Origin: a virus
Taxonomy: Duplodnaviria > Heunggongvirae > Uroviricota > Caudoviricetes
DNA: 64,000 bases
Strand: one strand, 5' to 3'
Virus record (IMG/VR): IMGVR_UViG_3300024259_001450
Coordinates: 124,076 to 188,075 of that record
The position numbers were made by a program, and so were the translations under genes. Under the pieces are notes generated by a model that had not been told where the DNA came from, ran no database searches, and saw only the letters and a program-made list of their open reading frames with translations. Numbering within the stretch: position 1 is the stretch's first letter; every line of letters starts with the position of its first letter. Shown here piece by piece: positions 10,443 to 19,552 of this stretch.

Positions 10443-10590
10443 TTAATGCTGGGGGTTGGATTTGCACCAACTTTTGCTATCTTTTCGAAAGACCTTCGGG
10501 GGGACGAACGTATCCGAAGTAGCAAATACGCCTTTCAGCGATTTCCCAGCGGATAAGACTATATAAAACTGTATTTTATTTTCAATAATG

Positions 10591-10658
10591 AAGTCAAGCT
10601 GTTGTCAATACCGTTTTTGGCCTTATTTAATGTAAGTTAAGGTATCAAACTTCAGACC
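10591..10658 (+). ncRNA. Candidate Y-RNA-like structured ncRNA, unit 4
   Basis: 5' arm AAGCTGTTGTCAATACC is complementary to 3' arm GGTATCAAACTTCAG. Same 3' consensus as the other units. Confidence 0.4.
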
Positions 10659-10711
10659 TCAGTATATTATAGCGCCAAGTGCGTTTTTTTAAGTAGCCGG
10701 TGAAAATTTTT

Positions 10712-11608
10712 TTATGAACGGTTGACATAGTTAAATCTAGACATAAACTTTTCCTTCGCTTTATATGTCTCTCTGCCAAAAAAGTCTATCGAGTTATCTG
10801 CTAAATCAATTTCTAGATTTTCCCATCTATTTTTGAGATAATTCCTTATCCATTGAAACAAAGGTTTTTCACTATTAGTATGTCCAAGTTCAATAATATG
10901 GTCAAATCTATGAGGAGTATTATCGATATTTGATGTTAATTCTCCTGTAATAAAAACATCAGCTTTAAATTCGTTCACACGCAGTGGAGTATTCTCCCAA
11001 CCAGCATGAGTCAAGGCCAATCCTCCCATTCCAGAACAATACAGAACGTCGTGAATTGGTTTATTGTTTAGGTCTTTACTCCATATGCAACCGTCTACTT
11101 TAAAACCTCTTCTTTCCAATAAATCGGATAACTCGTTAAACAACAAGGGTTTAGGCAAAAAACCATGGTAATATATTCCAGCAATTTGTTTGGTATGAGT
11201 AAATCCAAATCTTTTGGCGAAGAAGCCATTATGTCCTTTGGGTTCGATATCCATTGCGATATGCATAATAACTTGTGGCACATCTACTAGGAAATCGTGA
11301 TGGCCCACCAAGAGATCGTAATCGTTTTCAATGAAGTAATTCCTTACTTGGCCAGTAGGTGTGGTAGCTAATAGAATTTTTTTAACTATTTTATTAGGAG
11401 TATCACTAAATAATCCCCATCTGTCACAAAAAAGTTTCCACTCAGGCGACTCTTCTGGATATATCTTTGCCAAGTAATTAGTAATCTCTATTTGAGAGGG
11501 TAATCCCTCTTTTGGAGTTCTTACAAGGGGATTCCCCTTATATTGAGTAGAGTGTGGACTTTGTGGAAATCTCATATTCTGTGTCATCATTGTTCTTCCT
11601 TCAAACAA
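10712..11608 (-). CDS. Nif3/YbgI-family-like dinuclear metal-centre protein (tentative)
   Basis: Two His-rich motifs spaced as in the Nif3 family (LLVGHHDF… near the N-terminus; HIIELGHTNSE near the C-terminus). Confidence 0.4.
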   Translation of the reverse strand: MFEGRTMMTQNMRFPQSPHSTQYKGNPLVRTPKEGLPSQIEITNYLAKIYPEESPEWKLFCDRWGLFSDTPNKIVKKILLATTPTGQVRNYFIENDYDLLVGHHDFLVDVPQVIMHIAMDIEPKGHNGFFAKRFGFTHTKQIAGIYYHGFLPKPLLFNELSDLLERRGFKVDGCIWSKDLNNKPIHDVLYCSGMGGLALTHAGWENTPLRVNEFKADVFITGELTSNIDNTPHRFDHIIELGHTNSEKPLFQWIRNYLKNRWENLEIDLADNSIDFFGRETYKAKEKFMSRFNYVNRS

Positions 11609-11692
11609 TTATAGAAAAATTTTTATTTGTAAAAAGGAAAAACTTATAAAAACTAAAATAAAATAAATGATCTCCTTTCTCTCTTTCTGCTA

Positions 11693-11727
11693 GGGCGGCA
11701 ACTGTTTGAGTTGTCGCCCTTTTATAT
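11693..11727 (+). terminator. Rho-independent-terminator-like hairpin
   Basis: GGGCGGCAAC-tgtttga-GTTGTCGCCC (10-bp stem, one mismatch) followed by TTTTATAT. Confidence 0.35.
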
Positions 11728-11869
11728 AAAAGGTTTTTGGTGGCTTTGATTAAATGTATAATTATGAGTATGCAAAATATATTGGAAAGACACAAATCAC
11801 TTCTTCAACGACTATAAACTGCCGTAGATTGATTGTCCCTCCGATAATTATAAATGGAAGGAGATTAGT

Positions 11870-12568
11870 ATGCCCTACGTAATAATATCTATTGACCCAG
11901 GACTGACCGGTGGTATTGCTATTATTGATGGAAGGAAACGTCCAAAGATAACGAGAATGCCTGTTGTTTCAGTGATGAGAAATAAGAAAAAAAAGAACGA
12001 ATACAATTTAGAGAAAATTGTTGAGATTTGTAAGGAATATATTGATAAGGATGTAGTCTGCGCGGTTGAAAGACAAAGTGTAAGACCTGGCGAGGGTAAT
12101 GTATCAGGTTTTACGACTGGTGTGGGCTATGGATCATTAAAAGGAATAGCCGTTGCTTTAGGCTTTAAACTATTAACAATTGTTCCTGCTGTTTGGAAAA
12201 GGCACCATAAAGAGCTAGATACTGAATTGTTTCTTGAGTTACGAAAAGAAATTAAAGACATTAAACAAAAGAGCAAGGTAACAAAGGATAAAGCCCTAAA
12301 AAAACAGTATAAAACAGATATAGCTAGAGCTAATCGTAAATTAAAATATGAAGCCAAGAAGCAATCAAGGCTATTATGTCAGAAGAAATACTCTAGACTA
12401 AAGAATGAATTAAAATTAGTCAAAGACGATGGAAAATCTGATGCTTTACTAATGGGCTTATATGTGAGGGATAATATCAATGAACTGGTACCAACAAACG
12501 AGAATGAAGAAACAGAGCCAATATTGGCATCGAATGCTAATAAAGCAGCAAAAAAGACGAAAAGATAA
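11870..12568 (+). CDS. RuvC-like Holliday-junction resolvase
   Basis: N-terminal IISIDPGLTGGIAIID matches the RuvC/YqgF motif I. Downstream acidic residue (AVERQ). Lys-rich C-terminus. Confidence 0.5.
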   Translation: MPYVIISIDPGLTGGIAIIDGRKRPKITRMPVVSVMRNKKKKNEYNLEKIVEICKEYIDKDVVCAVERQSVRPGEGNVSGFTTGVGYGSLKGIAVALGFKLLTIVPAVWKRHHKELDTELFLELRKEIKDIKQKSKVTKDKALKKQYKTDIARANRKLKYEAKKQSRLLCQKKYSRLKNELKLVKDDGKSDALLMGLYVRDNINELVPTNENEETEPILASNANKAAKKTKR

Positions 12569-13142
12569 AGTGCCGGGTGGCCTAGCTGACGATAAGTGTA
12601 CTGAAGATTTTGACGAAGAACAGCTTCGTAAAGGTATGCGAGTCGAAATGGAACATACCAACAATAAAGAGTTAGCTAGAGAAATAGCGATGGATCATTT
12701 GGTAGAGCATCCCAAGTATTATGATGAGTTAGAAAAAATGGAAAAAAAGCTAGAGAAAGAAGCAGTTGCTTTTGATTCTTCTTCTTTGTCTACTCTGACA
12801 GATAGAAATCATTTGAATGAGAAAATCAGACGGTTTCAAACCGCTGCCGAAAAGTTGGCATTTTTGAGAAAGGCTATTGCTCAAAATCCACCTGAAGCAC
12901 AAAAAATATTAAAAGAGATCATTGATAGTAAATTACTTTCTTCTTATCCTGAATATCAAGAGATGTTGAAAGTAGCATACTATCCAACGGCAAGAGATAA
13001 CTATGACAAATTTTCAGAGATTTGTGATACCGTTTTAGAGAAAATAACAGCAGAAGTTTCGGAGATGGAAAGCATACGTAAGGATTTTACCAATAATGTT
13101 TTCCCCAAAAAAGTGAGAGAAAGGGCCAATAGGAATGGGTAA
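12480..13142 (+). CDS. Hypothetical protein with MNWY N-terminal tag
   Basis: Starts ATGAACTGGTAC (MNWYQQ…). Overlaps the 3' end of the RuvC-like gene. Confidence 0.35.
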   Translation: MNWYQQTRMKKQSQYWHRMLIKQQKRRKDKVPGGLADDKCTEDFDEEQLRKGMRVEMEHTNNKELAREIAMDHLVEHPKYYDELEKMEKKLEKEAVAFDSSSLSTLTDRNHLNEKIRRFQTAAEKLAFLRKAIAQNPPEAQKILKEIIDSKLLSSYPEYQEMLKVAYYPTARDNYDKFSEICDTVLEKITAEVSEMESIRKDFTNNVFPKKVRERANRNG

Positions 13143-13779
13143 AGAAATTCAGAAAAAGTCGGATGTTGTTCCGGCTTTGCTGGTCAATTACGCAGATGGA
13201 ATAAGCGACGGAACTATTTCAAAAAAGAATTGTAAGCTATGTCAGTCTCCATCTAGGGTGGAAGTGGAAGAAAAGTTTTTGGTAACAAATAGCTTTACTG
13301 CTGCTTCCAGAATTTTGGAGAAAAATGGAGAAGATATAGATTATTCTTCTGTTAGACGACATTTGATGAACCATTTGATTGTTCAGCAACAGCAGATGGC
13401 TGTAAAAGAATATGCTTCTCAGATTTCAAGTATTTTGAAGGAGCATTATAATATAAGGACGCAGATACTAGAACGTATCAAGATCATGAATCGAAAGATG
13501 TATGTTATCGAAGCCATGACCGAAGGACAGACTCTAGATGAAATGCGACGTAGTGCTGATGCCATAAAGAAATTAGTGGACACAATCGCTAGTGCAGAAA
13601 AAGATTTGCAAGCGATTGATCAGACTATGCAGCCTGTACAAATATTGATTAATAATTTCAAAAATATCATTCAAGAAGAGTTGAAGAAAACTAATAGCGA
13701 TGATGTCAAAGAGGTTATTAAGACTATATGGAATAAGTTAATTCATAGTGTAGAAGAGGAAATTGTTCCAAAGGGATAA
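13135..13779 (+). CDS. Hypothetical protein
   Basis: 214-aa ORF overlapping its predecessor by 8 nt. Confidence 0.4.
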   Translation: MGKEIQKKSDVVPALLVNYADGISDGTISKKNCKLCQSPSRVEVEEKFLVTNSFTAASRILEKNGEDIDYSSVRRHLMNHLIVQQQQMAVKEYASQISSILKEHYNIRTQILERIKIMNRKMYVIEAMTEGQTLDEMRRSADAIKKLVDTIASAEKDLQAIDQTMQPVQILINNFKNIIQEELKKTNSDDVKEVIKTIWNKLIHSVEEEIVPKG

Positions 13780-13935
13780 ATTATGGCTAAATTCAATTTG
13801 AAACAGTTAAAAAAAGATATAAAGAAACAGGCTTTAAAGAGAAGAATTGATCAAAGGAAGCCAACTAAAAAGACAGCAAATGCATTCCCTTCTCTGCGTA
13901 AGAAACGAGGCGGATGTGGTTGCGGAGGTTAAAAA

Positions 13936-16900
13936 TGGGAGACGCACAAGCAAAATCTGTTCACGAAAAGATAAATGAAATTCTATGTGATACTTCATTT
14001 AAATATGATCAGTCTGCCTGCTTGTGCGATTTACTTAATTCATTTCGTTATTTATCATATGAATTGATTCAAAATCCTCAGATGCTATTAGAGGATTTGA
14101 TTCAGAACAAAATAGAATCGAACAAGGGATATTACCCATTGGATGTGGTAGAATTGCGGTTGGCGTTGTCACAAGACAGAATTCCGTCTATTAAGCCAAT
14201 GCTATTTTCTTATAAGTTTACACAAAAGTATTTACAAGATTACCCCTTGCTTCTATGTATAGATATTTCTAAAGATGATTATAGCTGCTTTGGCGGATTG
14301 GCTATAGGAGAATATTATTCTTCATTGCATAACTCTTTAAAAAGAATCTATATTTCATCTAAATTGAGCAAGAAAACAATCGAAGATGTACAAAACATTT
14401 TAAAGGAAGAAGATATTAAGTGCGATATGATAGTTGATACTAAAGTTCCAGGTTTGTCTAATCCCAAATTGGCTGCTGCTTTAAATGCGTATATAGTCAA
14501 TATATCTCAGCTAGGCATTGAAGACGAAACTATACACGCCGACACTGAAGAGGAAGCAGTTGCCGATGCTATTAACCGTAAATGGGATCGTGTACAACAA
14601 GCTAAAAATCTTAGATACAGAGAACATAAGTATAGACCGCAAACATGGCTCAAACTTCGTAATACGGAATTTTGGAGCAATATGGTTAGACATGCTCATA
14701 CTGTCAAATCAATTAAAATGGCTCAATTGAATGATAATATCCAACTGTCAGAAATAGAACAAAAGATATTTAATTTCATAAAGATGGTTATAGCAGATTT
14801 GAAACAAAAAGGAATGGATGCAGAATGTAGAGTTGCTGGCGGATGGGTCCGTGATAAGCTAATGGGATATGAGAGTGACGATATTGATATCGCTACCAAT
14901 ATATCTGGTATACAGTTGGCAAACTATATGTCGAAATATGCTCGTGATCATAATATAGACGGCGTGGGGAATGCCCATGAAGTCAGTCTTGAAAAACTAG
15001 TAGATAAAGATGGTGATGAAGGCGAAGAGACATTAAAAGTCGGCGGCATAAATATCTTTGGGCAAAAGATTGAATTTGTGCCAATGAGAAAAGAAATATA
15101 TGATTCAGAAAGCAGAAAGCCAACTATAGTTTTAACTAACAATGTAGAAGACGATGTACTCCGTCGTGATTTGACAATCAACTCATTGTATTACAATATA
15201 TTGACTGGCAAAGTAGAAGATTATGTGGGCGGAAAAGAAGATTTGGAAAAGATGGTGTTGAGGACACCAGCGGGTGCATTAGAAGGATACGATGGGACAT
15301 TGAAAACGTATATTGAAGACCCTCTTAGGATGTTGAGAGTATTGCGTTTCTATACTCGTTATCCTAACGCAAAAATAGATAGTAACATTATCAAGGTTAT
15401 GGAGCAATCTAAAGACCCTAATTCTGAATTCTCGAAAGCGTATAAGGCGAAAGTTGCACCAAGTAGGTCTTCTAAAGAACTCAGAAAAATGATGCAATCT
15501 AAAGACCCAATTCCAGCAAGTAGACTGTTATTGGATTCTAACTTCTATAAATTAGTATTCAATGTAAGTCCTGAATGGTATAACATGGACATGGATCAAC
15601 AAAGTCCTTTTCATAATCTTACATTGAAAGGGCATACTCTTCGCGTAATGGAAGAGTTAAAAAACATAGCAAACGAAATCGGATTAGAAGACAACAGTGA
15701 TGAAAGAGGATTGGTTCTTTTGGCTGGTCTGTTGCACGATTTTGGAAAAATGTCACCTGATATTCGTGCCCCTAAGATTGATAAGAAAACTGGTAAGCCA
15801 GTTACATTCCAAAGGGGAGAAGAAACTGTAGAACGTATGCGTTATATACGTCACGAAGTGGAATCAGCTACATTCTTGTCTCAGACACTCAAAGACATGA
15901 ATTTCAATGAAGAGGAACGAGATTTTGTTGAATTGATTGTTAGAGGTCATATGACACCTACTAATTTGAAGAAATTTGTAGAAATGTATGAAGAGAAATC
16001 AAAATCAGGTAATTCTAGAAAAGCAAAAGATACGATGAATCGTCATTTGGGACAATTTTTACAGAGTGTAGACCAAAGGCTTGATACATTGATGATGGCT
16101 ATAGAAAATGTTAAAAAAGATACCAGAATCAGTGATGAAGATAAAGCCAATAGAATAAAAGACTTAGAAAAATGGATTACACCATATGGTCGTTTGTGGC
16201 AATGGATTATGTATCATCATCGTGCTGATTCAATGGGCAAAAGTGATATGACTGAGCGTGAAATAGAGGAAACTAAGGCGATTAATCAGAAACTTATAAA
16301 TGTAGTAAAAAACTATAGAGATACGCTGGGAACGCTTACCAGAACGCCTGTTGGAGATAAGTTTGGTAATGTAATTCGAGAAATGATGCAAGAACTTGTA
16401 CCAGACTTGCCAAGGGACGCTATGTTGAGCGATTCAAGGATTAAGCGTCCAACGCACTATATCAAGTTTATTATGATGAAAGTGATTGAACAGCAGCAGT
16501 TGGGCTATATAAAGACGCTAGACGATGCTAAAGAATTTATTCGTAAAAGTGGTCGTAACTGGGGTAATATATGGAAACAGCAAATACGGAGACAGCAAAT
16601 GTCAGAATATCATGAAACGAATCTTGCTAATAATTGGTACAAAATGCAAAAGAAAGCGGATGCTTCATCTGCGTCTGAACCATCAGGGTTTGATGGCTAC
16701 GAAGGGCAAAGCCCATTAGAAAGAGTCGATATGCCATATACAATGGAAGATAGAAGTTCTCCTCTTCCTTTCCAGGTTGGAGACAAGGTGAGAGTAAGGC
16801 AAGTCGGAATGATTTATGAGCAAATAGAAGGTCGTGTTGTAGACGCTCAGGAGAATTTGATTGTTATAGATTGGCAGACTGGTAGGTACGCAGGAAAAAC

Positions 16901-16952
16901 TGAGAAGATGACTATGGATAAGGCAACTATAAAGTTGGATGTTATCAAATGA
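13936..16952 (+). CDS. cca: CCA-adding tRNA nucleotidyltransferase (class II head plus HD domain) with long N- and C-terminal extensions
   Basis: Pol-beta-like head motif AGGWVRDKLMGYESDDIDIAT with RRDLTINSLYYN. HD motif LLAGLLHDFGK. GGAGG RBS 8 nt upstream of ATG at 13936. Confidence 0.8.
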
Positions 16953-17302
16953 TGAATTGGTTTAAAAAGGCTGATGGTGAATATAAAGTGTGGTTAGATG
17001 ACTTGAGAGAAATGCCGCCAGAATACGATATTCACGTAAAAACCGCATCTGAAGCTATTGAAGTGTTAAAAACTGGTAAAGTAACACATATGTCCTTCGA
17101 TCACGATTTGGGAGAAGGTAATGGAAGCGGGTATGATGTAGCAAGTTGGATTGAAAGAGCCGCTTATGATAATAGCATACAGCCTATAAAGTTTTCTTTA
17201 CATACACAGAATACTGTTGGAATGGAAAATATGAGTGCCGCGTTATTAAATGCCAATAGATTTTGGCGAGAACATCAAGAAAAGGAACAAGATGTGGTAT
17301 AA
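16952..17302 (+). CDS. CheY-like receiver (REC)-domain-like small protein, MNWF-tagged
   Basis: Starts MNWFKK with TGATG coupling. Conserved REC-like positions (LDDL, FDHDLG, LHTQN). Paralogous to 48491..48868. Confidence 0.4.
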   Translation: MNWFKKADGEYKVWLDDLREMPPEYDIHVKTASEAIEVLKTGKVTHMSFDHDLGEGNGSGYDVASWIERAAYDNSIQPIKFSLHTQNTVGMENMSAALLNANRFWREHQEKEQDVV

Positions 17303-17810
17303 AACAGCTAAAATTGGGTTTACAAAAGAGCAGTTGAATCGTAAACTAAAAGAATTAGTACGTAAAGATTCTTTCTTTAAATTTATGTTTAAAGAATTTG
17401 AAGTTCCTTTTGAAGCAATGGATAACGGCGGTTTAACTTTTATGGCTAAGAAATTAAACGGAAAATTTGCTGAAAGTAATGGCAAATTCATTTTTTTGAA
17501 TGAAAAATTGTTTGAAAAAGATAATTTCTTTGCAAATGGTATACATTTTGTGGTACATGAGTTATTGCACTGGTTAACAAGACAACGAGAGAAAGACTTT
17601 TATTTCACTGATCCAGAAGAAATAGATGCATTCGCTTACGGGATGGCTCACGAAATGCAGAAAGGGAAAGGAAAAGAACATATCGAAAGAGTTTTTTATC
17701 CAATTATTAAAGCCCATTTCAAGAAAAAGAAAAATGCAACAAAAATATTTAATCTAATTTTCAAGCTGGCGTTGCGAAAACAATCGAAAATGAAGAATAA
17801 TTTATCTTAA
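17292..17810 (+). CDS. HExxH zinc-metallopeptidase-like protein, MWYK-tagged
   Basis: Internal start MWYKTAKIG. HELLHW motif. Confidence 0.4.
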   Translation: MWYKTAKIGFTKEQLNRKLKELVRKDSFFKFMFKEFEVPFEAMDNGGLTFMAKKLNGKFAESNGKFIFLNEKLFEKDNFFANGIHFVVHELLHWLTRQREKDFYFTDPEEIDAFAYGMAHEMQKGKGKEHIERVFYPIIKAHFKKKKNATKIFNLIFKLALRKQSKMKNNLS

Positions 17811-17891
17811 AAAGGATATTAGCCGGAAAAATCAAAACTGTAAAATAGTAAGATTATAAGGTAAGTCCCTTAATTATGTGGGGTAAATATT

Positions 17892-18620
17892 ATGGCCAAA
17901 TTGAAACTAAAACGCTATCTTCAAGACCCATCGTACTGTGCTGTTGCCTCTTCAGCTTCGATAGTTAATTATTACAATTCTAAGCTGAATTATGAAAATA
18001 CAAAAACTATAGCAGAAGATTTTGTTGGCGGTGAGGAAGTAATGTCAGAAGGGATGTATACTGGCGAAATAGCCCAATTATTCAATCTATTGGGTTTTAA
18101 GGACGTAACGGTAGTGAGTTCATGTATAGACTACTTAGATTATAGTTGGGCCAAACTTTCCAAATCAGCGTTGATAAAGAATCTTAAAAAAATGTCTAGA
18201 ATCAGAAAAGACATGAAAGAAAATGCTAAATCGATGGTAAGATTTCTTGAAGAATCTGGATACAATAATCAGCTTATTATTGACTATAAATTTGGTGATT
18301 ATATTAGAAAAAGCATTGACAAAGGCATCCCTGTATCTATTTCATTCAAATGGACAGTATTTTTGAGGTTTGAAAAGTACAATGATAAGGGAAAACCTGA
18401 TGCATTTAAGGGAGATGACGAAGAACATGCCGTCGTTATAGTTGGCTATGATGATAAGGGTGTACATGTTGTAGACTCTCATAACAAATTTTACAAATAC
18501 AGATTAAAGAAATATCGCAAAGGAAGATACCACATTTTATGGGAAGATTTAATGTATGTGATTAGCGATGTTGTTATACCGTCTAATTACCAAGAAGACT
18601 TATTAAAATATGAATTTTAA
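17892..18620 (+). CDS. Papain-like cysteine peptidase (C39-like)
   Basis: N-terminal QDPSYCAVAS (Cys). C-terminal HAVVIVGYDDKGVHVVDSH (His), as in C39-like peptidases. Confidence 0.45.
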   Translation: MAKLKLKRYLQDPSYCAVASSASIVNYYNSKLNYENTKTIAEDFVGGEEVMSEGMYTGEIAQLFNLLGFKDVTVVSSCIDYLDYSWAKLSKSALIKNLKKMSRIRKDMKENAKSMVRFLEESGYNNQLIIDYKFGDYIRKSIDKGIPVSISFKWTVFLRFEKYNDKGKPDAFKGDDEEHAVVIVGYDDKGVHVVDSHNKFYKYRLKKYRKGRYHILWEDLMYVISDVVIPSNYQEDLLKYEF

Positions 18621-18622
18621 AT

Positions 18623-19552
18623 ATGAACTGGTACAAAACCTCACAAAGCGATATAATGCCCAAGCGATCACTGGGCAAAACTGGCTATAAGGTAAGCATT
18701 ATATCTTTAGGTGGTCAAGGCTCTCTTGAAACTCAAGGCGATGATGATAACTGTATAGACATCATACGAAGAGCCTACGAATTAGGCATTAATTACTTTG
18801 ACACTTCTCCTATCTATGGCCCATCAGAAGATTTCTATGGTAAAGCACTAGATGGGATTCGTAATGATATATTTTTGGCTACAAAGACAGATAAAAGAGA
18901 TAGAGATGGATCACTCAAAGAGATAGAGAAGTCGCTGAAGAGGCTTAAAACGGATCATGTCGATTTGTGGCAAATACACCATTTAGACACAATGGAAGAG
19001 GTAAACGAAGTTACAGCAAAGGACGGAGCATTACAAGCACTGTTAGAGATGAAAGAACAGGGTGTAGTTAAGTATTGTGGATTTACTGGTCATCAAGACC
19101 CAAAGATACTTATAGAGATGAATAAACGCCATGATTTTGATACCGTATTATGCCCCGTGAATGCAGCAGATTGCCATATGAAACCTCCATTCATAGATAC
19201 TGTTGTTAAGGCTGCAAATAGCAAGAACATTGGTGTTATTGGAATGAAAGTATTTTCACAAGGCTTCATATTCCATCCAAAAGGAATCACAACCTCTTGG
19301 GAACCATTGGCTTATTCACTTTCTCAACCTGTCAGCACTTTGATTGTAGGTCATGATAATGTGGCTCAACTTGAAGAAAATGTTGCTATTGCAAAGAACT
19401 TTAGTCCTCTGAACGAAGAAAAACAAAAGGAAATAGAAGAAAAAACCAAGAACTATATAAGAAGAGCTTCCTTTTTTAGAAGCCGATATGGAGGATATCA
19501 GTCTAGGGACAAATTGAAAGACCCGTTTGTGACTGAAAATGCTAAAGTATGA
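18623..19552 (+). CDS. Aldo/keto reductase, MNWYK-tagged
   Basis: AKR signatures GINYFDTSPIYG, LWQIHHLD, and the YCGFTGH region. Begins MNWYKT. Confidence 0.75.
   Translation: MNWYKTSQSDIMPKRSLGKTGYKVSIISLGGQGSLETQGDDDNCIDIIRRAYELGINYFDTSPIYGPSEDFYGKALDGIRNDIFLATKTDKRDRDGSLKEIEKSLKRLKTDHVDLWQIHHLDTMEEVNEVTAKDGALQALLEMKEQGVVKYCGFTGHQDPKILIEMNKRHDFDTVLCPVNAADCHMKPPFIDTVVKAANSKNIGVIGMKVFSQGFIFHPKGITTSWEPLAYSLSQPVSTLIVGHDNVAQLEENVAIAKNFSPLNEEKQKEIEEKTKNYIRRASFFRSRYGGYQSRDKLKDPFVTENAKV

Noticed and set aside
10171-10658. Repeat cluster considered as a CRISPR array
   Set aside because: Repeats are non-identical, 22-30 nt cores with irregular spacing (90-210 bp). They show internal 5'/3' complementarity per unit and no cas genes. 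They fit structured RNA paralogues better.
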